Positions 47,301-60,400 of a stretch of 64,000 nt of DNA are shown in pieces. Below the pieces are notes generated by a model. That model saw nothing but the letters and a program-made list of their open reading frames with translations, had not been told where the DNA came from and searched no databases. The DNA is from Phyllobates terribilis (taxonomy: Eukaryota), in NCBI RefSeq assembly GCF_046119375.1, contig NW_027362767.1:51460001-51524000 (forward strand), in the 5' to 3' direction. Numbering within the stretch: the stretch's first letter is position 1; each line of letters starts with the position of its first letter. The position numbers and the translations under genes were made by a program.

Positions 47301-50300
47301 AAAACCAGAATAAAAAGGAAATAGACTGCAGAATACATTATACTGGCAAGTAACAGTATATACAAGTGTGATTCACATGCAGTTGATAATAAATACTTAT
47401 ATATTCACATATTAGTCCACATGGAGAGAGATATATGCTCACAGAAGAAAACACCTTTGAGTATGCAGATAGAACACTAAGTAATATTCTGTCTCCACCT
47501 AGTGGTGTCCTAAAGGAATTTCCAGTTGTAAACATAGGCATATACAGCTAAACTCAAACTACTGTAGATCATGATGTAAGTAAGTGTGTCCATGCTTCAG
47601 GGGGATATGCAAGTGTTCACTTAAGAAATGATAATTAAAGTGCAAGTGCATGTTCAAATACTTTCCCCAAGGGAACAAAAAACACCCCCCCAGAGAGAGA
47701 TCGGACCACCAACCTGCATGTGAATAAAGTACACACAATAGCTATCAGCCTAGGCCCCCTTTCCTTTTTTATTCTGGTTTTAAATGTGTTTGTTCTGAAA
47801 TTTCCAATAAAGATGTATTAATTTATTTGTTGTATGGGAGTGTATTTCTGTAGGCTTTGCATATATATTTGCACTGAAGAGCGGCACTGACCGCTGTCTG
47901 TATCAGGTTTCATCTGTAGTTGCTGTGAAACGAAAACCTAGGAGGCAGAATGAACCACAACCGGTCCGTGCTGCCAAAATTGGCAATGCAAAAGGTTTGG
48001 AAAAATTATGTATTGTGCAAAATTAAAGGTTCATGTTAATAAACCCCTTGGACAAGCAGCTATTTTTCGCTTTAGAATGACATTATTTATTTTACCACGT
48101 TATGTACTGAAAACTCGGGAAAATAAGATTCCAAATAGGGTGGAATTGAAGAAGTAAAAAAACCAAAACTTAATTCTACTGTTGGGACTTGTTTTTATTA
48201 CATTCATGTTACGCTACAGGTCAGTAATGTGAATTTATAAACTTTCACACATCATAGAATAATATCTGATAGCCTGAGATACACGGGATAAACAGTACAG
48301 TCTCCTATCATGGATGGGAATAGCCACACCGGCTCAGATATGGCTGATTAGCCGCCCTATCTGACCCGTCAAGCTATACAGGTGCAGCGATACCAGCGAG
48401 AGCTGAGCGGTAACATTGCTGCCGATAGCGGCTCTGACAGCTGTGCACCACACCTGGAACCAGAGGGGCGTCCTACATGATTAGAAAAAAATGGTTTTTA
48501 GCCCAGAATATCTGTGTTTGACTTATAAAATAAAGAAATGCAGTTATATTACCCATGATGCATCATGAACATCAAAGCAGTCATTAAGTTCATGGTGTCT
48601 TCGGCTTCCATAGCCACCGAAATAGATCAACCTGCGTGACAAATGTTCAGGATTAGTGTTTGCAGTGGGACAGAGGAGGAGGAAGACGGATGGCTGCAGG
48701 TGGCTCTCGGAGGCAGACGTGGCGCTAGCTTTGGGTTTATAGCTCCTTTGCAGACATATGTGTCTCCACTTCTTGCTAAGCTATAAATCCCATCTTGATC
48801 GTTGTGGCTGCAGCAATCTAGCAGGAGGTCAGGTCCCTGACTGTCAGAGATGGCCGGAGACCTAGAAACAATGGCTATGCTTCTGCTGGACTTGGCCATC
48901 ATGTGTCCGCCGGGCAAAGCAGCTACATGTCAGAGGTATGAAGGGGTAGAACTGGGCATGTGTGGCCATCTCTGGTCACTGTGGCTGATGCACCAGTCGG
49001 GGACCCCCTTTTCTGAAGATGGGTGCAGGTCCAAGAGACGGCAACTTGGGACCCGCATCTATCAGACATATCCTTGTGGATCTGCCATAACTGTCAGTCA
49101 TCTGACCGCTCCTTTAAGGTCTATCCATCTGGACAGGTGTACAATTCCTGACAATTGTGCACGCGCTCTGATGGGTATAGGGCGATGCAACGTCATTGGC
49201 ACAGCTCAGCGCCCGATGTGGATGAGAGAGGAGCCAACACACTGTGTAAGCATAAGTTATCATACAGCAGACAACCACTACATGGAAAGCTAAACGCAGG
49301 ATGAGACACGAGTCCAGATTTGCTCTTTCCCTGTTATCATGGAGATGCACACGTCTGCATAGAAGCTGGACAAAGAAAGAAAGAAAAATTTAAAATGTCT
49401 TCATAGATGGATATTGTTGGATAGAGCTTGTAAAAATAACCAGTTTTGCAATTTACGGCTTTTAAAAACTTGCAGCCGTTCTTGAGGTTAAAGCTCTTCT
49501 TTTGTTTCCATCTCGGTGCCTAGGAGACCGACCACAACTGCTGTCTAGCAGCGGTGGCCGAACAAGCAGTTTTATATTGACCTTTTCAGTACAGATTTGT
49601 AGCTGGCGAGGGTCGCTGGAAAGCGCTGTTACCAGCTAACCCTGACCAGCTTCAGCACAGTGCTTATAAACCAGACCGCAGCGGTGGTCGGTCTCCTAGG
49701 CAACGAGCTGTAAACAAAAGTGTAATATCTCAAGAACGGCTACAAATTTTAATAGGCATTAATCTAGAAAAGCGCTTGTTTTTACAAACAATTTCCAACA
49801 AAGTCCATTAAAGAAGATCGGACGAACCTTTTAAATAAATGTATATTTATTTTTTTCTTTTTCAATTAGCCTACAGACATTAGAGCCATGTTAGCGCCTA
49901 TGATACAATATCGGACACCCGTGTAGGGCGGCCTGAAGGATTTATGGTTTCCGCTACTTACTGGCGTTTGTAAACCCAGCAGGAAAGTTTGTCCCGAGCT
50001 GTTGGTGGTTGACCCTTAAAATGTTTCACTTGCTTCCAGGTGAACTCCCCCATGCCGGGTCGCAGATCCACATAATACAGCTGTAGAAATATACAAATGG
50101 TCACGAAATGTAATGGCAGGAAAACACAGCGGTACAGATGTTCTTTATTCCGACACCAAGAATAAAGGTCCTACACATAACAGGGCTGTCCTTGTTATCT
50201 ATAGCTGGTTTTCTCTGCACTCCATAAAACTTTACTCTTTCCCCTTGCAAGTGCAGATCTGTGCACAACCCCCTTCACCTCCTGGTATCTCTAACATTGA

Positions 50301-53060
50301 GAAAAGGGAGAGGGGAAGCAGGGAGAGACATCAGAACCAGGAGCGAGACCTCTGATTGATTTTTAACACTTTTGTAGACAACTCAGCTAGATAAAGGACT
50401 GTCACAAAATTGCAGAAATTATTTAAAGAAGACTAACTAAAAAAGTTGCTTAAATTTCCATTTACGAATCTTGTTAAAGTTTTAAAATGGGGTCAGGATG
50501 GTAGGAAAAAAAATGAATGAAACAGCAATAAAACAAACTCTGGCAGCTCCTTGGTACGGCTGCCTCTCCCCTCCTGACGGTCTCCTTGCCCCTTTGGCGG
50601 CGGACATCATGTGGTTGCTGCAGCGGATACCTGTCGTCTGAGCTGTAACAAAGCGAGGAGACTGTATGCTCCAGCTCAGACAGCATTTCACTGCTCCAGC
50701 CCATCAGTGACTAGAGGATAAAGCAAGTAGACAGTCAGGGACTACAGGCGGCTGCAATACTGAGGGGCTTTCAAGGACCCATTAAAAAATAAATAAATAA
50801 AAAAAAAAAATGGGGTCAACTCCTTTAACACTCTGTCACAGAAAAGTACATAATTCTGTGCCTACCTGATTGCTGTAGCCCTTGTCGTCATATCCACCGA
50901 AAATATACAGTCTTCCATTCAAACAAGCCCCACAACTGCCGGACATGGCAGGGGGCAGGTCGCCGTCTGTCAGGTGCATTTCCCTAAAATTAGTATCAAG
51001 AATCTATAATAGCTAAGAAGGTAAAATAAACAGTAGTCTGAACTATGTATTACAAGACCGGACTCCGCAATGGAGATAGTACAGGATGACGTACCATAAG
51101 CCGCTCTCAGAGTCATACACCCAGATCTCATCATGGGGAAGGTAAACCTCATTCTCTTCAATCGTCTGGAAAGGGAAAAAAAATATATGGTGTAAGGAGA
51201 CAGGAGGNNNNNNNNNNNNNNNNNNNNNNNNNNNNNNNNNNNNNNNNNNNNNNNNNNNNNNNNNNNNNNNNNNNNNNNNNNNNNNNNNNNNNNNNNNNNN
51301 NNNNNNNNNNNNNNNNNNNNNNNNNNNNNNNNNNNNNNNNNNNNNNNNNNNNNNNNNNNNNNNNNNNNNNNNNNNNNNNNNNNNNNNNNNNNNNNAAGTA
51401 AGAAGAGAAAGAAAGAAAGAAGAGAAAGAAAGAAAGAAGAGAAAGAAAGAAAGAAGAGAAAGAAAGAAAGAAGAGAAAGAAAGAAAGTATGTGCCCACGA
51501 TGCAGAACATTTCTTCAGCATTTCTGCATGTTCTTGGCAGTCAAAAACGCTTGCGGATTTTACACGCGTTTAAGCGTTTTTACATGCGGATTTGACTTGC
51601 GTTTTTCAGATGCATTGGGACCTCAAATCCGCATGCGGAAACGCACAAATAATGGACATGCTGCGGATTTTTCCGCAAGGAAAATCCGCTGCGGAAAAAT
51701 CCGCAGCATGGGCACAGAACATGCAGATTTTCATTGGAGATCATGGGGCACGGATTACCGAGCGTTCTGCAAGCGTTTACGCTGCGAAAAATCCGCATAA
51801 AAAACGCATAGTGGGCACACAGCCAGAGGGAAGGGGAGACATGTTGGCTCTGAGGTATATGCTGTCATTTTTGCATCAAATTTTTCAAAATTGCACACAC
51901 TGTTCAAGAACGTGGCGCAAAAATCAAAAATACTCTTTATTTTTGTCTTTATCTGTTTTTTTTTTAAAGACTTTTTTTGCATCAAAAATTGCAAAGCAAA
52001 AGCAAAAATAAAATGCAGCAAATTGAAAACTCCTCTAGAAATCTTACTTCAGGCAGGGACTGGAGTTAGAAGCACCAAGACAGGAGACAGTTGTTAAGTC
52101 GCACTTCATTAATGTGTTTAAAACATGGATAAGCAACGTTTTCAGAAAAAAAAAAAAACATAAAGTGGTGCAAAACAGATTGAGAATAAGGTGCAGACAC
52201 TACAGCACAGAAAAGAGGAGAAACAACAAGGATAAATCTTGGGGACTGAGGTTTTTTGGAGATTTTTCTGGAGCAGATCCTCAGCTAAATTCATCTCAAA
52301 AACTCTTCCAATTAATTTCTAAGGGAAATCAACTTTTGCTTTTCATCATATGAGGAGGTTTTCGAGCTTTTTTGGGGAAAAAAAAGTTTCTATCTTGGAA
52401 GCGGATCCTGAAGGAAACCTCTCTAAAACAAGCTGCTGTCCAAACCTTCCAAAAACTCCTCAGTAAAGTAGCTCTTCTATTGCCATCTTGTCCCTATGCT
52501 GAGCCCCATGTTCCCATTTAGCCCACCAGTTGTGTTTTTTTTTCCTGCAGGACTTTGCACTAAAATATTCAATAGCAATCTGCTCTGATTATTGATACTT
52601 TTTTTTGCAGTTAACTTTATTTTCCCCTTTACATTGTATATGCGTTTTTCTTTATTGTAGAAAGGCTGCGATTCTGCACTTATAAATGCAATTGAATTTT
52701 ATTCAGATAACCTAGAAATAAAAAAAAAAAAATGCATAAAAAAACTCTGGTCTGATGAGATCACAGGCACGCTAATCTGGGTTACTTGCTGATTTTTACG
52801 CACACAATGAATGCAGCTCGCACGCTCTGGAGAAGCGGCTTCATTTCTACACAAGTCCCTAGATCCGCGTAAATGTCGATTTACGTCGCAGATTTTGGAC
52901 AGGACAGGAAGAAATGTGACAAATCAGCTGCAAAATCCGCGCACACGGTCCAGCCTCCTCTTACCACGTATCCGCCCCACACATACAGGCAGTGCCGGTC
53001 CATGGCAGCGCAGTGCCCGCTCCTCTCCTCCGCCACACAGAAGCGCTGTGCAGTGGCCAT
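41371..53060 (-). CDS. KLHDC1: Kelch domain-containing protein 1, complete, 13 exons, 399 aa
   Basis: Exons (minus strand) 52965-53060, 51095-51165, 50866-50983, 49962-50080, 48553-48631, 46926-47009, 46771-46851, 46618-46676, 45698-45810, 45471-45543, 42704-42788, 41806-41858, 41371-41539; total 1200 nt, open, all GT-AG. MATAQRFCVAEERSGHC...IEENEVYLPHDEIW...DCFDVHDASW...GHCNDLLIFQTQPY...ITFWAAAH is diagnostic of KLHDC1 rather than KLHDC2. Confidence 0.97.
49440..49790. mobile_element. MITE-like foldback element in KLHDC1 intron 4 (same family as 23325-23690)
   Basis: Arms GCAGCCGTTCTTGAG...CCTAGGAGACCGACCAC / GTGGTCGGTCTCCTAGG...CTCAAGAACGGCTAC. Confidence 0.65.
51208..51395. other. Assembly gap (188 N) in KLHDC1 intron 1, abutting an (AAGAGAAAGAAAG)n microsatellite at 51396-51486
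   Basis: Run of N in the sequence. Confidence 0.99.
51487..51824. mobile_element. Harbinger-type MITE related to 10460-11316
   Basis: Termini GTATGTGCCCACGATGC / GCATAGTGGGCACACAGCC. Shared internal ATGCTGCGGATTTT...AAAATCCGCA palindrome. Confidence 0.7.
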
Positions 53061-53431
53061 AGTCCGGTCTCAGGGGATACACAACTAATCCCGAACGTTC
53101 AGCATTGGCAGCAGGTATAACTACAACTGCACGGGTGGCAGAGAGGGACAAACCTCCAATCAGCGTTTACGATGAACGACCTTTTTGGACAGAGAACTAA
53201 ACCCTAATAAGCTTCTAATTCGTTCCTTGTGTTCAGGAGGTTTCAGCAAAGACGTATAGAAAACGCGACAGCTGAACAGTGCAAGAAGAACGTTACAGTC
53301 CAGCGAAGTTTGGTCTCCAACAAGATGGCGGCATCCCGCGGACATCAGAGCAGTGCGCCGGTGGAGCTCTGGCGTCAGTCTCGTGTGACGTCATCACAGC
53401 TGTCTGCGCGATTTGGCGCGAACGATTCGAG
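53061..53431. promoter_or_regulatory. Bidirectional KLHDC1/POLE2 promoter with YY1, CRE and E2F motifs
   Basis: 371 bp between divergent ATGs, CpG-rich. CAAGATGGCGGC (53321-53332, YY1), TGACGTCA (53386-53393, CRE) and TTTGGCGCG (53412-53420, E2F). The head-to-head arrangement is conserved in human. Confidence 0.8.
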
Positions 53432-56400
53432 ATGGCAGCTGACAGACTGAAGAGTAAAGTGTCCTCGGCTTTTAAAATGCACGGCCTCCTCCTGCGGGCG
53501 TGAGTAACCCGGACACGGCGGGTGTGCAGGGCGGGGGTGAGAGGTCATGTGGGGCTGTGTGTGCGCGCTCAGCTCTTCATTACAGGGGATCTTAACACTA
53601 AAGGAGCCGCGATGATGATTATTGTGTTATATGATCACTAATACATTATTAAATCTCCGATATTAACATTTTTTATGTATTATTTGTTCAGCAGCTGCTA
53701 TGTCTATCTGGTCTAAACACGTCATCTATATACTACACATACAGCAGCCCCTGAGCACGTCACCTATATACTACACATACAGCAGCCCCTGAGCACGTCA
53801 CCTATATACTACACATATAGCAGCCCCTGAGCATGTCAGCTATATACTACACATACAGCAGCCCCTGAGCACGTCACCTATATACTACACATATAGCAGC
53901 CCCTGAGCACGTCACCTATATACTACACATATAGCAGCCCCTGAGCACGTCACCTATATACAACACATATAGCAGCCCCTGAGCACGTCACCTATATACT
54001 ACACATACAGCAGCCCCTGAGCACGTCACCTATATACAACACATATGGCAGCCCCTGAGCACGTCACCTATATACTACACATACGGCAGCCCCTGAGCAC
54101 GTCACCTATATACTACACATACGGCAGCCCCTGAGCACGTCACCTATATACTACACATACGGCAGCCCCTGAGCACGTCACCTATATACTACACATATGG
54201 CAGCCCCTGAGCACGTCACCTATATACTACACATACGGCAGCCCCTGAGCACGTCACCTATATACTACACATACGGCAGCCCCTGAGCACGTCACCTATA
54301 TACTACACATACGGCAGCCCCTGAGCACGTCACCTATATACTACACATACGGCAGCCCCTGAGCACGTCACCTATATACAACACATATAGCAGCCCCTGA
54401 GCACGTCACCTATATACTACACATACAGCAGCCCCTGAGCACGTCACCTATATACTACACATATAGCAGCCCCTGAGCACGTCACCTATATACAACACAT
54501 ATAGCAGCCCCTGAGCACGTCACCTATATACAACACATATGGCAGCCCCTGAGCACGTCACCTGTATACTACACATATAGCAGCCCCTGAGCACGTCACC
54601 TATATACTACACATACGGCAGCCCCTGAGCACGTCACCTATATACTACACATACGGCAGCCCCTGAGCACGTCACCTATATACTACGCATAGGGCAGCCC
54701 CTGAGCGCGTCACCTATACACTATTCATACAACAGCCCCTGCGCACGTCACCTATATACTACACATACAGCAGCCCCCGAGCACGTCACCTATATGCTAC
54801 ACATACAGCAGCCCCCGAGCGCGTCACCTATATACTACACATACAGCAGCCCCTGAGCACATCACCTATACAATACACATACGGCAGCCCCTGAGCACAT
54901 CACCTATACAATACACATACGGCAGCCCCTGAGCACATCACCTATACAATACACATACGGCAGCCCCTGTGCACATCACCTATACAATACACATACGGCA
55001 GCCCCTGTGCACATCACCTATACAATACACATACGGCAGCCCCTGCGCACGCCACCTATACAATACACATACGGCAGCCCCTGAGCACATCACCTATACA
55101 ATACACATACGGCAGCCCCTGAGCACATCACCTATACAATACACATACGGCAGCCCCTGTGCACATCACCTATACAATACACATACGGCAGCCCCTGTGC
55201 ACATCACCTATACAATACACATACGGCAGCCCCTGTGCACATCACCTATACAATACACATACGGCAGCCCCTGAGCACATCACCTATACAATACACATAC
55301 GGCAGCCCCTGTGCACATCACCTATACAATACACATACGGCAGCCCCTGTGCACATCACCTATACAATACACATACGGCAGCCCCTGTGCACATCACCTA
55401 TACAATACACATACGGCAGCCCCTGCGCACATCACCTATACAATACACATACGGCAGCCCCTGCGCACGTCACCTATACAATACACATACGGCAGCCCCT
55501 GAGCACATCACCTATACAATACACATACGGCAGCCCCTGTGCACATCACCTATACAATACACATACGGCAGCCCCTGTGCACATCACCTATACAATACAC
55601 ATACGGCAGCCCCTGCGCACGTCACCTATACAATACACATACGGCAGCCCCTGAGCACGTCACCTATATACTACACATACGGCAGCCCCTGTGCACGTCA
55701 CCTATACAATACACATACGGCAGCCCCTGTGCACATCACCTATACAATACACATACGGCAGCCCCTGTGCACATCACCTATACAATACACATACGGCAGC
55801 CCCTGAGCACATCACCTATACAATACACATACGGCAGCCCCTGTGCACATCACCTATACAATACACATACGGCAGCCCCTGAGCACATCACCTATACAAT
55901 ACACATACGGCAGCCCCTGTGCACATCACCTATACAATACACATACGGCAGCCCCTGTGCACATCACCTATACAATACACATACGGCAGCCCCTGTGCAC
56001 ATCACCTATACAATACACATACGGCAGCCCCTGTGCACATCACCTATACACAGCACATACGGCGTCAAATGTTAGAGGCCGCTGCGGTGTACTGCAGATT
56101 CGCTTCCCATTCAATTGAATAGGAGGCGGATGTGCAGTACACTGCGGCGGCCACTACCACTTGACGGTGGAGCCCCGCAGGTGAGCAGTTCCGGCCGGCG
56201 ACCGCCGCCGCTGGCACTGATAACAGCTGATTGGCGGGAGTGCCGCGTGCAGGACCCCGGACGATCATACATTGATCCCCTATCCTATGGATAGGGCATC
56301 AATGTAAAAGTAGTGGACAACGTCTTTAACACTACACTAGGTTTCATGGCTCCCCCTAGTGTGGAAAATATTAAACCTTTTTAAATTATTTTTCATATTT

Positions 56401-57323
56401 TATACCATTAAAAAAAGTTGATTTTTTTAAATAAAACATTAATACTTTACATTTTGTTTCAATTGTTGGAAAAAAAAAGTGCTTTATGGCACATTCCCTT
56501 CAAGTGGTACATTGACTGATATTCACCTACTTCTCCTGGGGTGATGACCAGCGGCTTCCTGACGAGTGGGACAGAGTGGTCCTCAGGGTAAGAAATGGCT
56601 ACAGCAGAAAAGTAATTGGCCAACCTGAATGTCTGTATTTCAGGGAGGCCAGCAGGTACCTGAGTGAGGTGCTGAGGTCGGTCAATGAAGTGGAGCTGGA
56701 GGATGTCATCGACAGCGTCATCGATGCGGTGGAGAAGCAGCCATGTAGGTGTTTGCTTTTTCTTGCCTTTCTTCAGACCTCGTGTTCACATTCCTAATGC
56801 AGGAATGTGATGTCCAGAAGCTGCCAGTGGCTCATCTTGTCCCTCCGCTGCCCTCTGATTTTAGACATTTTTTTTCTTATTCAGACATTAAATGAATCTT
56901 GGTTAAAAAAAACAATTGATATGCTCCACAGAAGCCCAAAAGTATACAGCGGCACACAGACTATCCACCTCATATTAAATGCTTTGTGCAACTACATCCC
57001 AGGAACCTCTTGAATATTTTTGCGAAAACTATCCATCATTAGAAATCTCTGCAACAATATCTTTAGCAAAGGGCCATTCACAAGGGGATTGGGTAGAAGA
57101 ATAAGAGTAATCCATTTGTAACATTTATGTGCAGGTGGCCGGCAATCCACAAGCCTTTCTGTTATTTTCTGATTTCATGTGTATGTTGGATATCCTTGCT
57201 GTGATGATGATGCACTGTGGCTTTTACTGACTATAACAATATTTTAGTGTCTTCTAACATGATTGAGAAGAGCACGGTGGAGACGGCCGTCCAGGAGTGC
57301 AGCCGCACGTGTGATGAAACCAT
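53432..57323 (+). CDS. POLE2: DNA polymerase epsilon subunit 2, first three coding exons (continues beyond the window)
   Basis: Exons 53432-53499, 56644-56744 and 57248-57323 (68/101/76 nt, GT-AG) give [81 protein letters not shown], matching the POLE2 N-terminus as I recall it. Confidence 0.96.
53718..56062. repeat. 38-bp minisatellite, about 61 copies, POLE2 intron 1
   Basis: Unit CACGTCACCTATATACTACACATACAGCAGCCCCTGAG grading into CACATCACCTATACAATACACATACGGCAGCCCCTGTG after about 54860. Confidence 0.97.
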
Positions 57324-57487
57324 GTGAGTTTTATAAGGATTTATGTTCTCAAAATTTCTGGGGACAGTGGACCGATCTGTTTCAGAAGCATAATGACTGG
57401 TCCTTGGCATGGTATAGGTCCAGAAAGATAATGACTGACTGCATTCTCCTGATGGTGACAAAAATTATAATTAATTTTGCCTATACG

Positions 57488-60400
57488 GGACTGGTATATG
57501 TCCAGTCTGCTTTATGGACTGGTATATGTCCAGTCTGCTTTATGGACTGGTGTATGTCCAGTCTGCTTTATGGACTGGTATATGTCCAGTCTGCTTTATG
57601 GACTGGTATATGTCCAGTCTGCTTTATGGACAGGTATATGTCCAGCCTGCTCTATGGACTGGTGTATGTCCAGCCTGCTCTATGGACTGGTGTATGTCCA
57701 GCCTGCTCTATGGACTGGTATATGTCCAGTCCGCTCTATGGACTGGTGTATGTCCAGTCCGCTCTGTGGACTGGTGTATGTCCAGTCCGCTCTGTGGACT
57801 GGTGTATGTCCAGTCCGCTCTGTGGACTGGTGTATGTCCAGTCCGCTCTGTGGACTGGTGTATGTCCAGTCCGCTCTGTGGACTGGTGTATGTCCAGTCC
57901 GCTCTGTGGACTGGTGTATGTCCAGTCCGCTCTGTGGACTGGTGTATGTCCAGTCCGCTCTGTGGACTGGTGTATGTCCAGTCCGCTCTGTGGACTGGTG
58001 TATGTCCAGTCCGCTCTGTGGACTGGTGTATGTCCAGTCCGCTCTGTGGACTGGTGTATGTCCAGTCCGCTCTGTGGACTGGTGTATGTCCAGTCCGCTC
58101 TGTGGACTGGTGTATGTCCAGTCCGCTCTGTGGACTGGTGTATGTCCAGTCCGCTCTGTGGACTGGTGTATGTCCAGTCCGCTCTGTGGACTGGTGTATG
58201 TCCAGTCCGCTCTGTGGACTGGTGTATGTCCAGTCCGCTCTGTGGACTGGTGTATGTCCAGTCCGCTCTGTGGACTGGTGTATGTCCAGTCCGCTCTGTG
58301 GACTGGTGTATGTCCAGTCCGCTCTGTGGACTGGTGTATGTCCAGTCCGCTCTGTGGACTGGTGTATGTCCAGTCCGCTCTGTGGACTGGTGTATGTCCA
58401 GTCCGCTCTGTGGACTGGTGTATGTCCAGTCCGCTCTGTGGACTGGTGTATGTCCAGTCCGCTCTGTGGACTGGTGTATGTCCAGTCCGCTCTGTGGACT
58501 GGTGTATGTCCAGTCCGCTCTGTGGACTGGTGTATGTCCAGTCCGCTCTGTGGACTGGTGTATGTCCAGTCCGCTCTGTGGACTGGTGTATGTCCAGTCC
58601 GCTCTGTGGACTGGTGTATGTCCAGTCCGCTCTGTGGACTGGTGTATGTCCAGTCCGCTCTGTGGACTGGTGTATGTCCAGTCCGCTCTGTGGACTGGTG
58701 TATGTCCAGTCCGCTCTGTGGACTGGTGTATGTCCAGTCCGCTCTGTGGACTGGTGTATGTCCAGTCCGCTCTGTGGACTGGTGTATGTCCAGTCCGCTC
58801 TGTGGACTGGTGTATGTCCAGTCCGCTCTGTGGACTGGTGTATGTCCAGTCCGCTCTGTGGACTGGTGTATGTCCAGTCCGCTCTGTGGACTGGTGTATG
58901 TCCAGTCCGCTCTGTGGACTGGTGTATGTCCAGTCCGCTCTGTGGACTGGTGTATGTCCAGTCCGCTCTGTGGACTGGTGTATGTCCAGTCCGCTCTGTG
59001 GACTGGTGTATGTCCAGTCCGCTCTGTGGACTGGTGTATGTCCAGTCCGCTCTGTGGACTGGTGTATGTCCAGTCCGCTCTGTGGACTGGTGTATGTCCA
59101 GTCCGCTCTGTGGACTGGTGTATGTCCAGTCCGCTCTGTGGACTGGTGTATGTCCAGTCCGCTCTGTGGACTGGTGTATGTCCAGTCCGCTCTGTGGACT
59201 GGTGTATGTCCAGTCCGCTCTGTGGACTGGTGTATGTCCAGTCCGCTCTGTGGACTGGTGTATGTCCAGTCCGCTCTGTGGACTGGTGTATGTCCAGTCC
59301 GCTCTGTGGACTGGTGTATGTCCAGTCCGCTCTGTGGACTGGTGTATGTCCAGTCCGCTCTGTGGACTGGTGTATGTCCAGTCCGCTCTGTGGACTGGTG
59401 TATGTCCAGTCCGCTCTGTGGACTGGTGTATGTCCAGTCCGCTCTGTGGACTGGTGTATGTCCAGTCCGCTCTGTGGACTGGTGTATGTCCAGTCCGCTC
59501 TGTGGACTGGTGTATGTCCAGTCCGCTCTGTGGACTGGTGTATGTCCAGTCCGCTCTGTGGACTGGTGTATGTCCAGTCCGCTCTGTGGACTGGTGTATG
59601 TCCAGTCCGCTCTGTGGACTGGTGTATGTCCAGTCCGCTCTGTGGACTGGTGTATGTCCAGTCCGCTCTGTGGACTGGTGTATGTCCAGTCCGCTCTGTG
59701 GACTGGTGTATGTCCAGTCCGCTCTGTGGACTGGTGTATGTCCAGTCCGCTCTGTGGACTGGTGTATGTCCAGTCCGCTCTGTGGACTGGTGTATGTCCA
59801 GTCCGCTCTGTGGACTGGTGTATGTCCAGTCCGCTCTGTGGACTGGTGTATGTCCAGTCCGCTCTGTGGACTGGTGTATGTCCAGTCCGCTCTGTGGACT
59901 GGTGTATGTCCAGTCCGCTCTGTGGACTGGTGTATGTCCAGTCCGCTCTGTGGACTGGTGTATGTCCAGTCCGCTCTGTGGACTGGTGTATGTCCAGTCC
60001 GCTCTGTGGACTGGTGTATGTCCAGTCCGCTCTGTGGACTGGTGTATGTCCAGTCCGCTCTGTGGACTGGTGTATGTCCAGTCCGCTCTGTGGACTGGTG
60101 TATGTCCAGTCCGCTCTGTGGACTGGTGTATGTCCAGTCCGCTCTGTGGACTGGTGTATGTCCAGTCCGCTCTGTGGACTGGTGTATGTCCAGTCCGCTC
60201 TGTGGACTGGTGTATGTCCAGTCCGCTCTGTGGACTGGTGTATGTCCAGTCCGCTCTGTGGACTGGTGTATGTCCAGTCCGCTCTGTGGACTGGTGTATG
60301 TCCAGTCCGCTCTGTGGACTGGTGTATGTCCAGTCCGCTCTGTGGACTGGTGTATGTCCAGTCCGCTCTGTGGACTGGTGTATGTCCAGTCCGCTCTGTG

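Noticed and set aside
47200-47940. Short inverted repeat (about 47215-47270 vs 47820-47870) with a CTGAAGAG motif, possibly another PLE/hammerhead remnant
   Set aside because: No GAAA core at the required position after the stem and no TSD found. Too degraded to call.
50970-51521. ORFs spanning the N run
   Set aside because: Artefacts of the assembly gap and adjacent microsatellite. Only the embedded KLHDC1 exon 2 (51095-51165) is coding.
54969-56122. Repetitive ORFs (MHITYTIHIRQPL...)
   Set aside because: Products of the 38-bp minisatellite inside POLE2 intron 1.
56500-56593. Consensus-like donor CAGG|GTAAGA upstream of POLE2 exon 2
   Set aside because: It would leave a 56-nt intron, too short for typical vertebrate splicing, and there is no convincing upstream acceptor.
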